NCBI GenBank assembly: GCA_043228905.1
Contig: JBHGNT010000018.1
Location: 620,001 to 684,000, forward strand
From: Azolla caroliniana
Taxonomy: Eukaryota > Plantae > Polypodiophyta
Direction of reading: 5' to 3'
DNA length: 64,000 nucleotides
In this document: positions 23,342 through 35,300 of the stretch, piece by piece
Numbering within the stretch: position 1 is the stretch's first letter
Layout of the letters: every line of letters starts with the position of its first letter
Translations under genes and position numbers: made by a program
The notes under the pieces: model-generated
The model's input: the letters and a program-made list of their open reading frames with translations, nothing else
Database searches by the model: none
Told to the model about the DNA's origin: nothing

Positions 23342-23741
23342 CTCTCCCGCGTATTGTTAAGTTCTCCATTAAACCTGTTTTCTGTTTTCTATTGCTTCCG
23401 CACGATATTTGTTTTTACATGGTATCAGAGCGTGAGGGTTGAGAACCTCTGCAGCCGACATTCTCTTTCGCAAGAAGAAAACCTAACCTTTTTAAAGAAC
23501 AAAAAAAATAAAATGGATAGAGCAATGGCTAGCTCGCTTCCGATGGAGAAGCTCGATAGATCTAACTACGCATCTTGGTCATACATGGTGCACCAATACC
23601 TGCTTGGGCACGGTTACTGGAGCTATGTCGACGGAGCTAATGACACAGCACCTGATGCGGCACACAAGGACTTCCCGGTGTGGGAACAATCGGCAAGAAG
23701 AGTGATGTACTGCTTTGCGTCCAGTGTCGGAGACCAATTGC
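22953..23741 (+). mobile_element. 5' part of a clade B Copia (LTR 22953-23419, PBS, gag start), truncated by a Gypsy insertion
   Basis: TGTTGAGCGGCAAGCTC...TTTACA, PBS TGGTATCAGAGC, MDRAMASSLPMEKLDRSNYASW. Confidence 0.85.
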
Positions 23742-25762
23742 TGTTGTCCGCCGGAATAGTAACCGACGGACAAGAGTGTAGGAATAAGAAATAATATAAG
23801 ATCATAACGCATGTAACGGTTCATGCAGGAAGCGTGAACGGCTAGATAGACCCTGCGTATATAAAGGGCAGAAGACCTCTGATAGAGGTGTGTGTAATTT
23901 TGGGAATGAAAAGAAACGTATCATAATAGAATTCTATCTTCTCTGAAAGTCTGTGTATAGCTACGACTAATCTACTGTGTTTCTGGAATACGTGAGCGTG
24001 TAAGAACGTAAGTGTAACCATTGCTAAGGAGTCGGTTGTAGTCGTCTCCCTTATACGCTGATAGGTTACAGGGAACATTCCCCTACGCATTATGCATAGA
24101 CGCCTATTCGTTGTTCCACAACCACTTGGAGGTCTAGGTCGAAGGACTAACTGCAGACCGTGTTCCTAATTGGTAACACTTTTGGCATGCTTGGTGATCT
24201 GTGTCTTCTCACAGACGAGCAACGACGAATGGATGTTTAGCCGCAGATGCCCCAGAGAACCAACACGACAAGATTGGCCAATCACAAGGTCCGTCACACG
24301 CCAGGCATAAGAACGCGCACGGCAAAAGCCTCGCCTCAGCAACCTCAGTACTATCTGTCGTGATTACAAAGGTGATTCTTTGCTCTCCAAATACCTCGAC
24401 GAGACGCGGGGAGCACGCTCACCACAGCCACCCTGTGGTCTTTCCCGACCCGCCGTAGCCCCCACCATGGCCTTTGCCTACCCCCGCTTTAACGGCAAAA
24501 CCGACGCCGCAACTCATATTCTCATGTTCCTTAATGTCTGGAATGCGAACCACATGGCACAAAGCCTTTCGGAGGCGGTAGCGCACCAGTCGAAAATGAC
24601 AGAGTTCGGGTTAACATTGGATGGGCGAGCAGCATTTTCGCATTCATAGATGGATTTACCAACAATAACAACCTTCGATCAGCTGCAGTCTGCTTTCTTG
24701 CGGTTCTTCCATCGGAGGGTTCCACAACGCGAAATCCTCGGACAGTTCTACACGATTAAGCAACTGCCGACTGAGACGATAGCAAACTTCAGCTTACGTT
24801 TCCAAAATTTACGGCAGAAACTAGAACGGAGCCCCGCGGAGGACGAGGCTCGAGAAACATTTCTGGCAGCATTACGCTGACCCATCCGGGCAACGCTCAA
24901 CACCAATAGCGTGAAAGGGGAAACGACGGATATGGTCATTGAACGAGTGTTACAACTCGAGTTGGACGAGGAGGAGGAAAGGTTTTCTATGTCCTCCTTA
25001 CGACAAGCGTTACCCTAGGACGAGGAACGCCAGTTTCGTCAAGCAATCCAGTGCACGATTTGCTTGAACTCGAGGCATTCCGCAGTGGAGTGCAATATGT
25101 GAATCCACTGCCCAATCTGCCACTCGAAGGCTCACACAGTCGAACAATGCAAATACAATATGTTGAACAAAGCCACTCCCGCAATCCACAGCATGGACAC
25201 CCAGCGTCCACCACACCGGACTGAACCAAGGAGGCAAGAAGACCGACCACGGTACATGGATTGCAACCCATGGGATGACCGGCACCACCGGAATCGCCGA
25301 AATCACCACGATTCCGAGGAAGACGAACCTGAGGACGAGGATTATCGTGGACATCTGAGTTATGCTAAAGGGGGCCAGCGCTATGAGAATCACCGGCCGA
25401 CAAACAAACGGGGTGGCTTCAATGGTTATCGTGGTAAGCAGCGGCAATATCGAGATCATCGGCATTACGATGAAAGCTCGGGAGATGAGAGACACCAGGA
25501 ACAACGACGGGACCAACAACAACCACCACGTACGTTCTGACAAACAAGGCCGGACCGCGAGGAGCAAGTAGCACCAGGGGAGCATCACACACCACCAGGA
25601 GCCGAGAAGGGTGAATCAAGCATCCATTGTTTTATTTGTCAGCAGCCCGGACATTATGCCACGCAATGCCCAGCACGCAAGGGAAAGGGGCCCGCCGTCA
25701 ATACGATTACGGTGGAAGTGCAGCAAGTCACGACACACCAGCAAACAAAAACGGGTGATTGG

Positions 25763-26193
25763 TGTCAGGAACAGTACTAAGATAGAGAAGGAATTAGTAC
25801 TAAAAGAAGTATTAGTACTAAGAGAGGTGGAGAACTCTCGAGAGAAGGAAAGAGTGAGTGAGAGGGAGGGAGAGAGAGATCGAGAGAGAGAGAGAGATGA
25901 TAAGAAAATATATATATTATGTGAAGAGAATGTACAGTAGTAGCTAGGAGGCTTAAGACTAGCGTTGAACCGATTTGGTTCAAAAGAATGCCTCGTGCCT
26001 CCTTTTATAGTGTTCTAAGGAATACTCCTGAAGTTTCTAGAATGTTCCAGAGAAATCTGGAATATACATCAATTTTCTATAATAAAACATAAATGAAAAT
26101 AATATTCTACGTATTACAATGTATGGTCTAATGGTCAAGAGCTCGACCCATGTAGCATAAGGTCATGGGTTCGAGTCTTGCCATATCATGACA
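25763..26193 (-). mobile_element. Solo LTR (431 bp) with a terminal tRNA-like module
   Basis: TGTCAGGA...TCATGACA ends; TSD ATTGG (25758-25762, 26194-26198); TATA (CTATAAAAG) on the minus strand near 26005. Confidence 0.9.
26117..26186 (+). promoter_or_regulatory. tRNA-like Pol III A/B-box module at the LTR 5' end (antisense, pointing outward)
   Basis: A box TGGTCTAATGG 26124-26134; B box GGTTCGAGTC 26168-26177; T8-G53 distance 45 nt. Confidence 0.7.
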
Positions 26194-26814
26194 ATTGGGT
26201 TGTGCAAGATGAGATACGTCGACAAGCTCAAGCATGGGTGGAAAAAGCAAATGCGACCAATACAGAGGAAGTTCGCGAACGCGAGGGAGCGAGCAGAGGA
26301 CGAAGGACCGGTCCTGGACCCCATTTGGCAGGCACTAGCGGGCTGCGAGATACCATGGAGAAACTCCTTCAACTAGTCCCACGCTTCCGCCAGACCATGG
26401 AAGAACGGGTGACAGGCATACCCGGGGTGAGCGTCGCTACAAACCTTACAGACGTTAGTGACGGACCGCCGGTAGTGGATCAACACAACCCGGCTATTAC
26501 ATTAAAATATTACACGGATAGGAAATTCCTGGATGCGTAATCAACGGTGGCTCAGGCATCAATGTAATTAGTGCGAAAACATGCGAGCAGTTAGGCATTT
26601 CAGAATGGGAGGCTTGCCCATTCTGGCTCCGAATTGTAGATACCCGCTCAATACGACCATTGGGGTTAATTCGCAAAATAGGCATTATCGTGGGCGGACA
26701 TCACTTCGACATCTCAGCGGTCGTCCTCGCCTTGGACGCCCCAAGGGCGTACCCAGTGCTTTTGGGCAGACCTTGGCTTCGCGTAGCAAATATCAAGCAG
26801 AGCTGGCAACACAA

Positions 26815-28317
26815 GTCGCACCGGAGTCTACGTACCACACCTCGTCCGATCTCGGGGTGCTCTGTTTCATTGAGTTTGCTTCGTGTCTCGTCACGAAGAC
26901 AGACCCTTCTCCAGCTTTCCCGGAGTCTTTGGCGTAGTGCGACAATTTCCCTTGTCGGTATGTCCGGAGCCGTTTCCGGAACCGGTTCTCTCCGAATCGG
27001 CTCGCTTCTTCCAGCACTCACTTTCCCTATGGCCTTTCTTGCCACAGTACTAGCACTCCGCGATGGCCTTCCCTTGCCGGTTCTCATCGCTTCGACTCCC
27101 CCTGTTTCCGGAGGGTCCCGAGTTGCTGTCGGCATCACTTCGGTGCCTTCTTCCTTGATCTCGTCGGCCACCTCCATTGCGCGCCGACTCGCCTCGTCCT
27201 CCACGTCCACGGGGCCTATCTCCCTCCGTGTACAGCATTTTGCTGTCGGTGTGCGTGCTTGTAGACGCACCCGCGTGGTTCTCCTCTACCAGGAGCATTG
27301 ACTGTAAGTCAAAAAAGGACGGCGTATTCTCCCGAGTACACATCGCCGTTCGGAACGCTCCGAACTTCGACGCCAAACCTCCGAGACAAATCTGGACCAT
27401 CTCGCTCTCCTCGATGTTCACCTCTATGGAGGCGAGGGAGTCGCAGATATCCTTGATCTTCGAGGTATAGTCCGCCACTGACAAGTCGCGTTGTCGTAGG
27501 TTGCTCAATTCCTATCGGAGCTGAAGCTTCCTGGCTGTGGTGCTTGCGGCGAAAATCTTCTTCAGATTTTCCCACGCACCCTTCAGCGTCTTTGCATCCC
27601 GAACATAGCTCAATAGTTGTTGGCCCACACACGACGCGAAGCAGTATAATACCCTCCTCGCCGATTGCTCCCACGACGGGAAGTCTCTGTGTGTCGATTC
27701 GGGTGCCGCGTCATTAGCTCCTTCAACGTAACTCCAGTAGCCATGCCCGAGCAGGTACTGGTGCATCTTGTAGGACCAAGACGCGTAGTTGGTTCTGTCG
27801 AGCTTCTCTGTTGGAAGCGAGCTCGCCATGCCTCTATCCATCGTTCTTCTTGTTCTTCTTCGTCAAGCTGTGTCGGCTGCAGAGAGGTTCTCAACCCTCG
27901 CGCTCTGATACCATGTAAAAAGTAGCGTGCGGAAGCAAGTATGAAGACAGAACAAAAGGAAGAAAACTCAGGTCTAATGGAGAGCTTGAGCTTAAGCAGT
28001 ATACGCGGGAGAGACAGAGAAGGTGAGAGAGAGAAAACACAAGAAATATATATATTAAAAAACTCTATTCACCACACTCTATACATATGTGTGTTCCATG
28101 AACACTTTTATACAAGTCCTCGAAGGACTGACAGAAGTACTGACCGTACTTCAATGCTCTTTAAGAGCTCCTACACTAACTCCCAAATATATTCCTCACG
28201 GAATATCTTTCCTAACGGCCTCCCGGTTTACGCACTCGGCCTAACCGATCGGTCCCAACCGATCCGGTTCTCGGCTTCTTCAGACGATCCGGCCGATGTT
28301 GAGCTTGTCTCTCAACA
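26815..28317 (-). mobile_element. 5' half of the clade B Copia whose 3' half is 11312-21831 (5' LTR 28317-27914, PBS, gag, start of PR)
   Basis: 404-bp LTR nearly identical to 21428-21831; outer flank ATCTT is the reverse complement of AAGAT; PBS at 27913-27902; coding sequence ends at WYVDSGAT. Confidence 0.9.
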
Positions 28318-29125
28318 ATCTTCTTCCACAACAAACATCCCATCCACCGGACAACACTCGAGGACAAGGGAAATATGCAATTTCCATAACTACCCCCTTC
28401 CCCCCACAAGGAAGGGGTATTATATGAAAAAAATATTTAACAAGGATAGAGATCACATTGCAATACATAGGGGTGGATATGGGCTAGTTCTTTGTGTATT
28501 ATGGTTTGTCATCCATGTGTGCATACTTGTGGAACTTAATGGAATTAGTGCTAACCTGTGCTCTAGGGTTAAAGCCAAATTTGATCTTTGCTTCTAGGGG
28601 TAGTGTACTATATATACTACCACAGTAATGGTAAGATGAGAGGCATGTTTAGCAGGTGTAGGTCTATCAAGAGGGTCTTTTCATTAGTTCAAGGAAAGCT
28701 ACCTACCACTCTCCTAAGCAAATCATCCATCAACTGCTTTCACTTGTGTACCAGTTTTTTTGTTAGATGATGTTGGTACAATCTCAATGTTGGTTGTTGG
28801 GGTTTGTTTTGAATTTCAACATATCCGACAATCTTCTTGGTTCATTAGAAATCTTTATCGAATATTAAGTGACTAAATCTTGGTGGGGGTTGTGATAGTG
28901 TGTTTAGTAAGGTGTGTAGCCAAATAGTGTGCTTCTAGACGTTCCTCATTTGTGTGGAACTATCGAACACTTGAATAAATCATGAACTTTCCAATAGTGT
29001 GTAGTAGAAAAATCAATAATGTGGATCAATTGTATCTATATGTCATAGGCATAGCCTCATGGTCCAATTTTAGAGGTAATTTTACTGGGTTGAGGGGAGG
29101 ATAATCATGAAACCGATCATTCTAG

Positions 29126-29640
29126 TAACAATCGGCAACGGTTCGGTTTGAACCGAACCGAACCGTGAAACCGTGGTTTAACGGCTTAACGGTTTCAATG
29201 GTTCGGTTCAAGTTTAGGTTTTTTTAAACGGTTCGATTCGGTTTGGTTTGGTTTCAACAATAAAAAAAACTGCGGTTTAAACGGTTTCACGGTTTTTTTT
29301 TTTTAAATTTAAAAATTATAAAAAAAGTCTTAAAAACTTTAAATTTTGTTTTTTAACAATCTTTTCATTTTTACACCTTATTCTCACATTTTAGGAACAT
29401 CTTAAAAATTTTAAAAATTCTAAATAATGAAATATTATCAATTTTTAAAAATTAAAAATTAAAAATTTGACCTATGTTGAAAACCAAAACCGAACCACGA
29501 AACCGCCATTTTTACAGTTTAATGGTTTAACGGTTTGAAAAAGATTTAACGGTTTTGTTTAATGGTTTCGCGGTTTGGTTCAGGTTTCAAAAAATTTAAA
29601 CGGTTTGGATCCTCTCAAACCGAACCGTTGCCGATTGTTA
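29126..29640. mobile_element. Non-autonomous hAT-type DNA transposon (MITE, 515 bp)
   Basis: 26-bp perfect TIR TAACAATCGGCAACGGTTCGGTTTGA; 8-bp TSD CATTCTAG; many subterminal AACCG/AACGG motifs; AT-rich core. Confidence 0.92.
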
Positions 29641-29698
29641 CATTCTAGGAACGGGGGCCAAACCTTAAGCACCTATGACAAGTGGTGGTGTGAGAGCA

Positions 29699-29725
29699 TT
29701 AGGTTTAGGGTTTAGGGTATAGGGT
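29699..29725. repeat. Short interstitial TTTAGGG tract (telo-box-like) in the polyubiquitin promoter
   Basis: TTAGG TTTAGGG TTTAGGG TATAGGG. Confidence 0.6.
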
Positions 29726-29842
29726 ACCTAGTGTGGTTAAGAAACCGTCATCCATTCTTCCCCTTAATCTCTTTTTCTATTGCTCATCATTATGTACACA
29801 GTACATCAGATAAACTGTTAATGGAAATAATGACATAAATAA

Positions 29843-30713
<871 letters not shown>

Positions 30714-32000
30714 ATCTCACGGCAATTAGCAAAACAGTAGAATGATATACGAACTAAGAATATAATGCTTATACCGTATTAAGGTAGTTGAACCTTCTTT
30801 CAGTGAATTAAGTATGTTTTGCATGCCGTGTTTGATAGGATGTGTTTCCTCTCTTTTAGTGAGTGGTTCATAGGATTTGCGATAACCGTCCTGTAGAAGC
30901 ATTTGTTTAAATGAAAGTGTGGTATTTGATCTATCCTTCTTGCAGAACCATTGCATTTATTTAAATGGAAGTCTGGGATTCATTTTATCTTTCTTGCAGA
31001 AGCGTTTATTTAAATGGAAGTTCGTTTTTCTGGATCAGTAAATTGTCTTCAGAAAAAATGCATGCTCTTAAAGTATTCAATTCAATTCCCGTAACTTATC
31101 ACAACTGGGCAGATAAAGCTAATGTTTGTATGTTTGTCTTCAGAGGAAATGTTTGTCTTCAATGACCATCATGGCGTCAACTGATCATTTTCTATTGTTT
31201 ATTAGTGTTGTGTTTGTGAAATTGGCGGGAAATGGGCAGGTCAAGCTAATGTTTTTTCTACAATGGTTGTCGAATTTTTTGGACAAATTAGTGCGTACAA
31301 TATCATTTAATAAATCAGTCGAATCTGGTTTTTTTATTGGGTGGTAAACGGCCAGGTTTTTGTGGGGTGACAAATATCATGGCAAGTTGTCATGATATTG
31401 CTGTATGGTTTTTGCATATATCAGTCTGATGCATTAAGATTGATAAATAAGGGTCCTATGTTCAAAAAATCAAAATACATTCATCTGAGAATGTAATTTT
31501 TTGAAACATCTAATTGTGGTGAAGTAAAAGCCTAAACCAGAGGTAAACTCCATTGACGTATGTTTGAAGCAATTATTCAACAGTCCAGAATAATATCAAA
31601 ATTTTTAGTCAAAGTTGGTATTCTCCTCTAATTTGTTCTAAACCTAGCTTCTAATTTTGAGGGTAACATTGAATATTTAATAACAGAACTTTAATCAAAT
31701 GTGTATCAAATGTGTTGGTAATACAACCAACAAATTCATTCATCACATGAAAGGCAATATTTCAGCATTTTCTACAGTACAATACCATAATACGGAGCAA
31801 AAAGACATGGCTCTTTTATTGCAACAAATTTTGTCTGATACGAGAAGTACCACATTCAGCATGCACTACATTGATCCTCAATACATACCATTTCCAAGGG
31901 GGCAAATGATTGTATATGAAAAACAATGCAGCTGACACAACTTGTGAATGTGTAATAATAAAATGTTCATAAAGGGTTATCACCTGAACCAACACACTAT

Positions 32001-32176
32001 TGAATGTTATTCAAGTGAACTTCCCATCCTCCAATCAAAATGGCTATGAACAATTCCCTTAGAAATTCCAAAATAGCTTCCTGAATGTATGTTATTCAAG
32101 TGCACTCTTCCCATTCTCCAATAAAAATGGCTATGAACAATTCTCTTAGAAATTCCGACATAGCTTCCTGAATGCC
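32001..32176. repeat. ~88-bp tandem duplication downstream of the RRP6-like stop codon
   Basis: ATGTTATTCAAGTG..TTCCCAT..AAAATGGCTATGAACAATTC..TTAGAAATTCC..ATAGCTTCCTGAATG occurs twice. Confidence 0.8.
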
Positions 32177-32341
32177 CATACAATCATTATGACCTGTTAT
32201 AATTTGGTTGTATATTTGATGTTACCATATTGCTAGCACTTACACAGTTGCCAATCTGAACCAAAATTTCTATATGTTACATTATCTGGCAAAGAAAAAC
32301 TGTAAACCTCCACGTAAATCAGTGAGGAAACAGCATTACCC

Positions 32342-35300
32342 CTACTTGAAGACACCTGTCCTATTTCCAGTCTGAGGAAACACTTGCCTTCGTTTCCCAG
32401 GGGTGATTCCCTCTGGTTTGAACCCATCTACCCTTCTGTTTGGATCAAAAATTGCCTTACTACTACTGTCAGTTTGGCTTTCAGTACTGGTTTGCTTCAC
32501 TCTCTTATCTCTCTTATTATCATGAAGTTCTCTCAAGTAGCCCATTTTTCCCTTGGCAGCTGTGTAATCAAAAGGTGTAACAGCAACAACATGATTTTCA
32601 GTCATTGCTTTTTTGCATGGCACTTGGGTCAATTGTTTCAGTTCTGAGGGTTGATCATTAAAAAACTTAGATTCACTACGAGCACTTTGTGCCCTGTACC
32701 TTTGTGAAACAGAAAGAGGCAATCGTGGCTCAGAATCTGAATTGAATGATGTGTCTACTTGTTCCTCGACCATGGTTGATACTGATTCATGAGAAAGGCC
32801 ACCCAGAGTATTATCAGAGCCCCAAAGCCTATGCCTATCATCTGCATTAAAGGCAGTGCCTTTTTCTGTTTCATCATTTCCATAGCTTTCATTAGCATCT
32901 AATTCAATGTAAGTGATATCTTCTATTTGCTTTCTTTCTAACTTAACTGTATCTGCAGCTTGCCTATCTTCTTGACTTTGTATTTGTTTTTCTTTCTGCA
33001 GTAAAGACTTGTCAAAATTATCTACACTATCAAAAGTATGAAAAGGCAAAGAGAACGATGTCTTGATTCTTTCTGCTTTAGACTGTGCGTCAACCTGTGC
33101 ATTGTACAAGTGAATCAATATAACCAAAAAATCTCATTTGTTAAAACTCTTAAAGTATTCTGAAATTATTATTACAAACCCCATAACTTGCCTGTTCAAA
33201 ATCTACGGCCTCGATATGCAATGAAGCTGTTCTTCCTAGCACATCTGTCGAATCATCAATTTCAATGTCCATTTTATCCTGTTTTTCTGGATCTTCAACT
33301 GATTCCTGTGATTCACTGATTATTTTTATCCTCTCCATTTGTTTTCCTTCGGACATTTTACTCGGCATTCCTTGATCTTCTGACGATCTCTGTGGCTCAT
33401 TCACAGTTTTTATCACCTTTCTTTGTTTTCCAAACAGAGATGGTGTGCTTGATCTTTTCACAATCACACTTGCTCCTTGTGCAAAAGCCATCTTGTCACC
33501 CCTTGATATTTCTTTCTCTAACAATTGCCCCTCATGTCTTACTTGTTTAGAGCTTTCAGATTCTATGATGCCTTCGCCTATTTCCTTTTCATTATCAGAT
33601 AATGAAGACATGGGAACCACACTGAAGGTAGCCCCATCAACTAGTGTAGTACTCCTTTCTACATCTACCCTATCATTAGAGCTTTCACTCAATCTCACCC
33701 CTTCCCCTATTTCCTTTACATTTTCATATAATGAAGATATTGGAACCACATTAAAGTTAACCTCATCTTCTATTGTAGAACTCCTTTCCCCATCTATCCT
33801 GTCATTGTTGTGATCACCTTCCAAGAAAATATTACTAATTCCTTGATCACTTTTGCAATCTGCTACATTAATCTCTTCCAACGACTTTTTAGCTTCAGCC
33901 ACTAATTCTGCTGCTTCAGCTCGTAGCCTAGCTGCTATATCTTCAAACTTTGACGACGCTAACCTTGATTTATTAATAATATCTATAATCACTGCAAAGT
34001 TGTGAACAAGGAGAGGGGTTTTTTTATGTAAGATCGAATGAAGCCTCTTCGGATTGTCTGGCATGTCTTCAGCTGTGGTAAAACACTTTGCGTTAAACTA
34101 TCCCCATAATACCTTCATTCATAAAACATGAGCATAAAAATAAGAATCTCACAAAGTCAACATAACTGATAGTACATACCAAGTCTCAGTAAAAGACTGT
34201 TTGGCAACACGTAACCGGTACTCTCATCTTCCTCTCGAGAAACTTTATCTCTCCATGCATGCAAACCCTGCATAAGTTCCAGTAAGAAACCAAACCTTTC
34301 CCAGTTTACCATCTCAAGTTCAAAAAATAAATGACACCTACAGCAAGAACAGCAAGGTTCTCTGCCTGAAAATTCTTCTCTACAAGCCTGCATAAGGTAT
34401 TAAAAATAAGTATCCAAGAAACTTAATCAGATCTAATTCTCACACACTAAGGTATTCTCACCCGAAAACCTGTAAGTACGATGTCTCCTTCGTGATTTCC
34501 TTCTCATACAATTTAAGACAGATATTCCTGCTTCGTTTATAGACCTGATGGAAAAAAGTACAGGTATACTCAAGCATCCTGTACTTCCCCTGCCATCTTA
34601 TATACAGACATGCTTATAACATACCTCCAAAAGTAGGTTTTCATCACTAGCAGAATTTGCCGAGACCAACAATTGTTTCATTTTGTCTCCCACATACAAA
34701 AGATAGTGTGTGTCTTCTCTCGCATACCTGCTCACAAGGAATGGTCTTTCACTCAATAAATAAGCCAAAAGGGAAATACGAAAGATAGTGATTTCACCAA
34801 AAGGTATCCACGCTCACTTTATCATTTTGTCTGAAAGTGGTCGATCACGCCAATCAGCCATCTGATATCTAAAACCAAATTACACCAGTTCAGAAAAAAC
34901 TCATATCACAACCACATTGGCAATCCCAAGCATGATACAAATTTTGATAATAACATGAAATCAGTATTTTCAGCGTATATGCATATGTCATATTGAAAAG
35001 CAGACCATGAGGTTGATAAGCCATGAAGAAACATAAATATTTTAGAAAGGTTCATTCAGCAAATTGTGCAGACTTATTTTACATTTGTGAGTTTTTCTGT
35101 CTCTTTAACCCAATTAACACTTTAGACATGAATCAAAAATAAATGTGATCTAACTTTCCAATCAATGCTATTTCAACAGCCAGAATTCGGTGAATAAATG
35201 CATTAGAAACCCTAAGTAGTAATGGATGATGATGAAGTAGATAATGACAAAATTCAATAAACAATAGAGTTAGAAGGAAACATTTTGTCTGCAGTGACTT

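Larger units (their letters stand above)
23742..26814 (+). mobile_element. 5' part of a degenerate Ty3/Gypsy element (LTR ~23742-24178, gag with three CCHC knuckles, protease)
   Basis: TGTT...TAACA then PBS-like TGGCATGCTTGG; CTICLNSRHSAVEC, CPICHSKAHTVEQC, CFICQQPGHYATQC; INGGSGINVI and LLGRPWL protease motifs; ends abruptly at the 26814/26815 junction. Confidence 0.75.

Noticed and set aside
21428-28317. Large TIR (foldback) transposon bounded by 404-bp inverted repeats
   Set aside because: The repeats are LTRs with PBS and PPT; the TSD and split protease show they are the two ends of one rearranged Copia.
29699-29725. Telomere or healed chromosome end
   Set aside because: Only 2 perfect TTTAGGG units in a promoter context.
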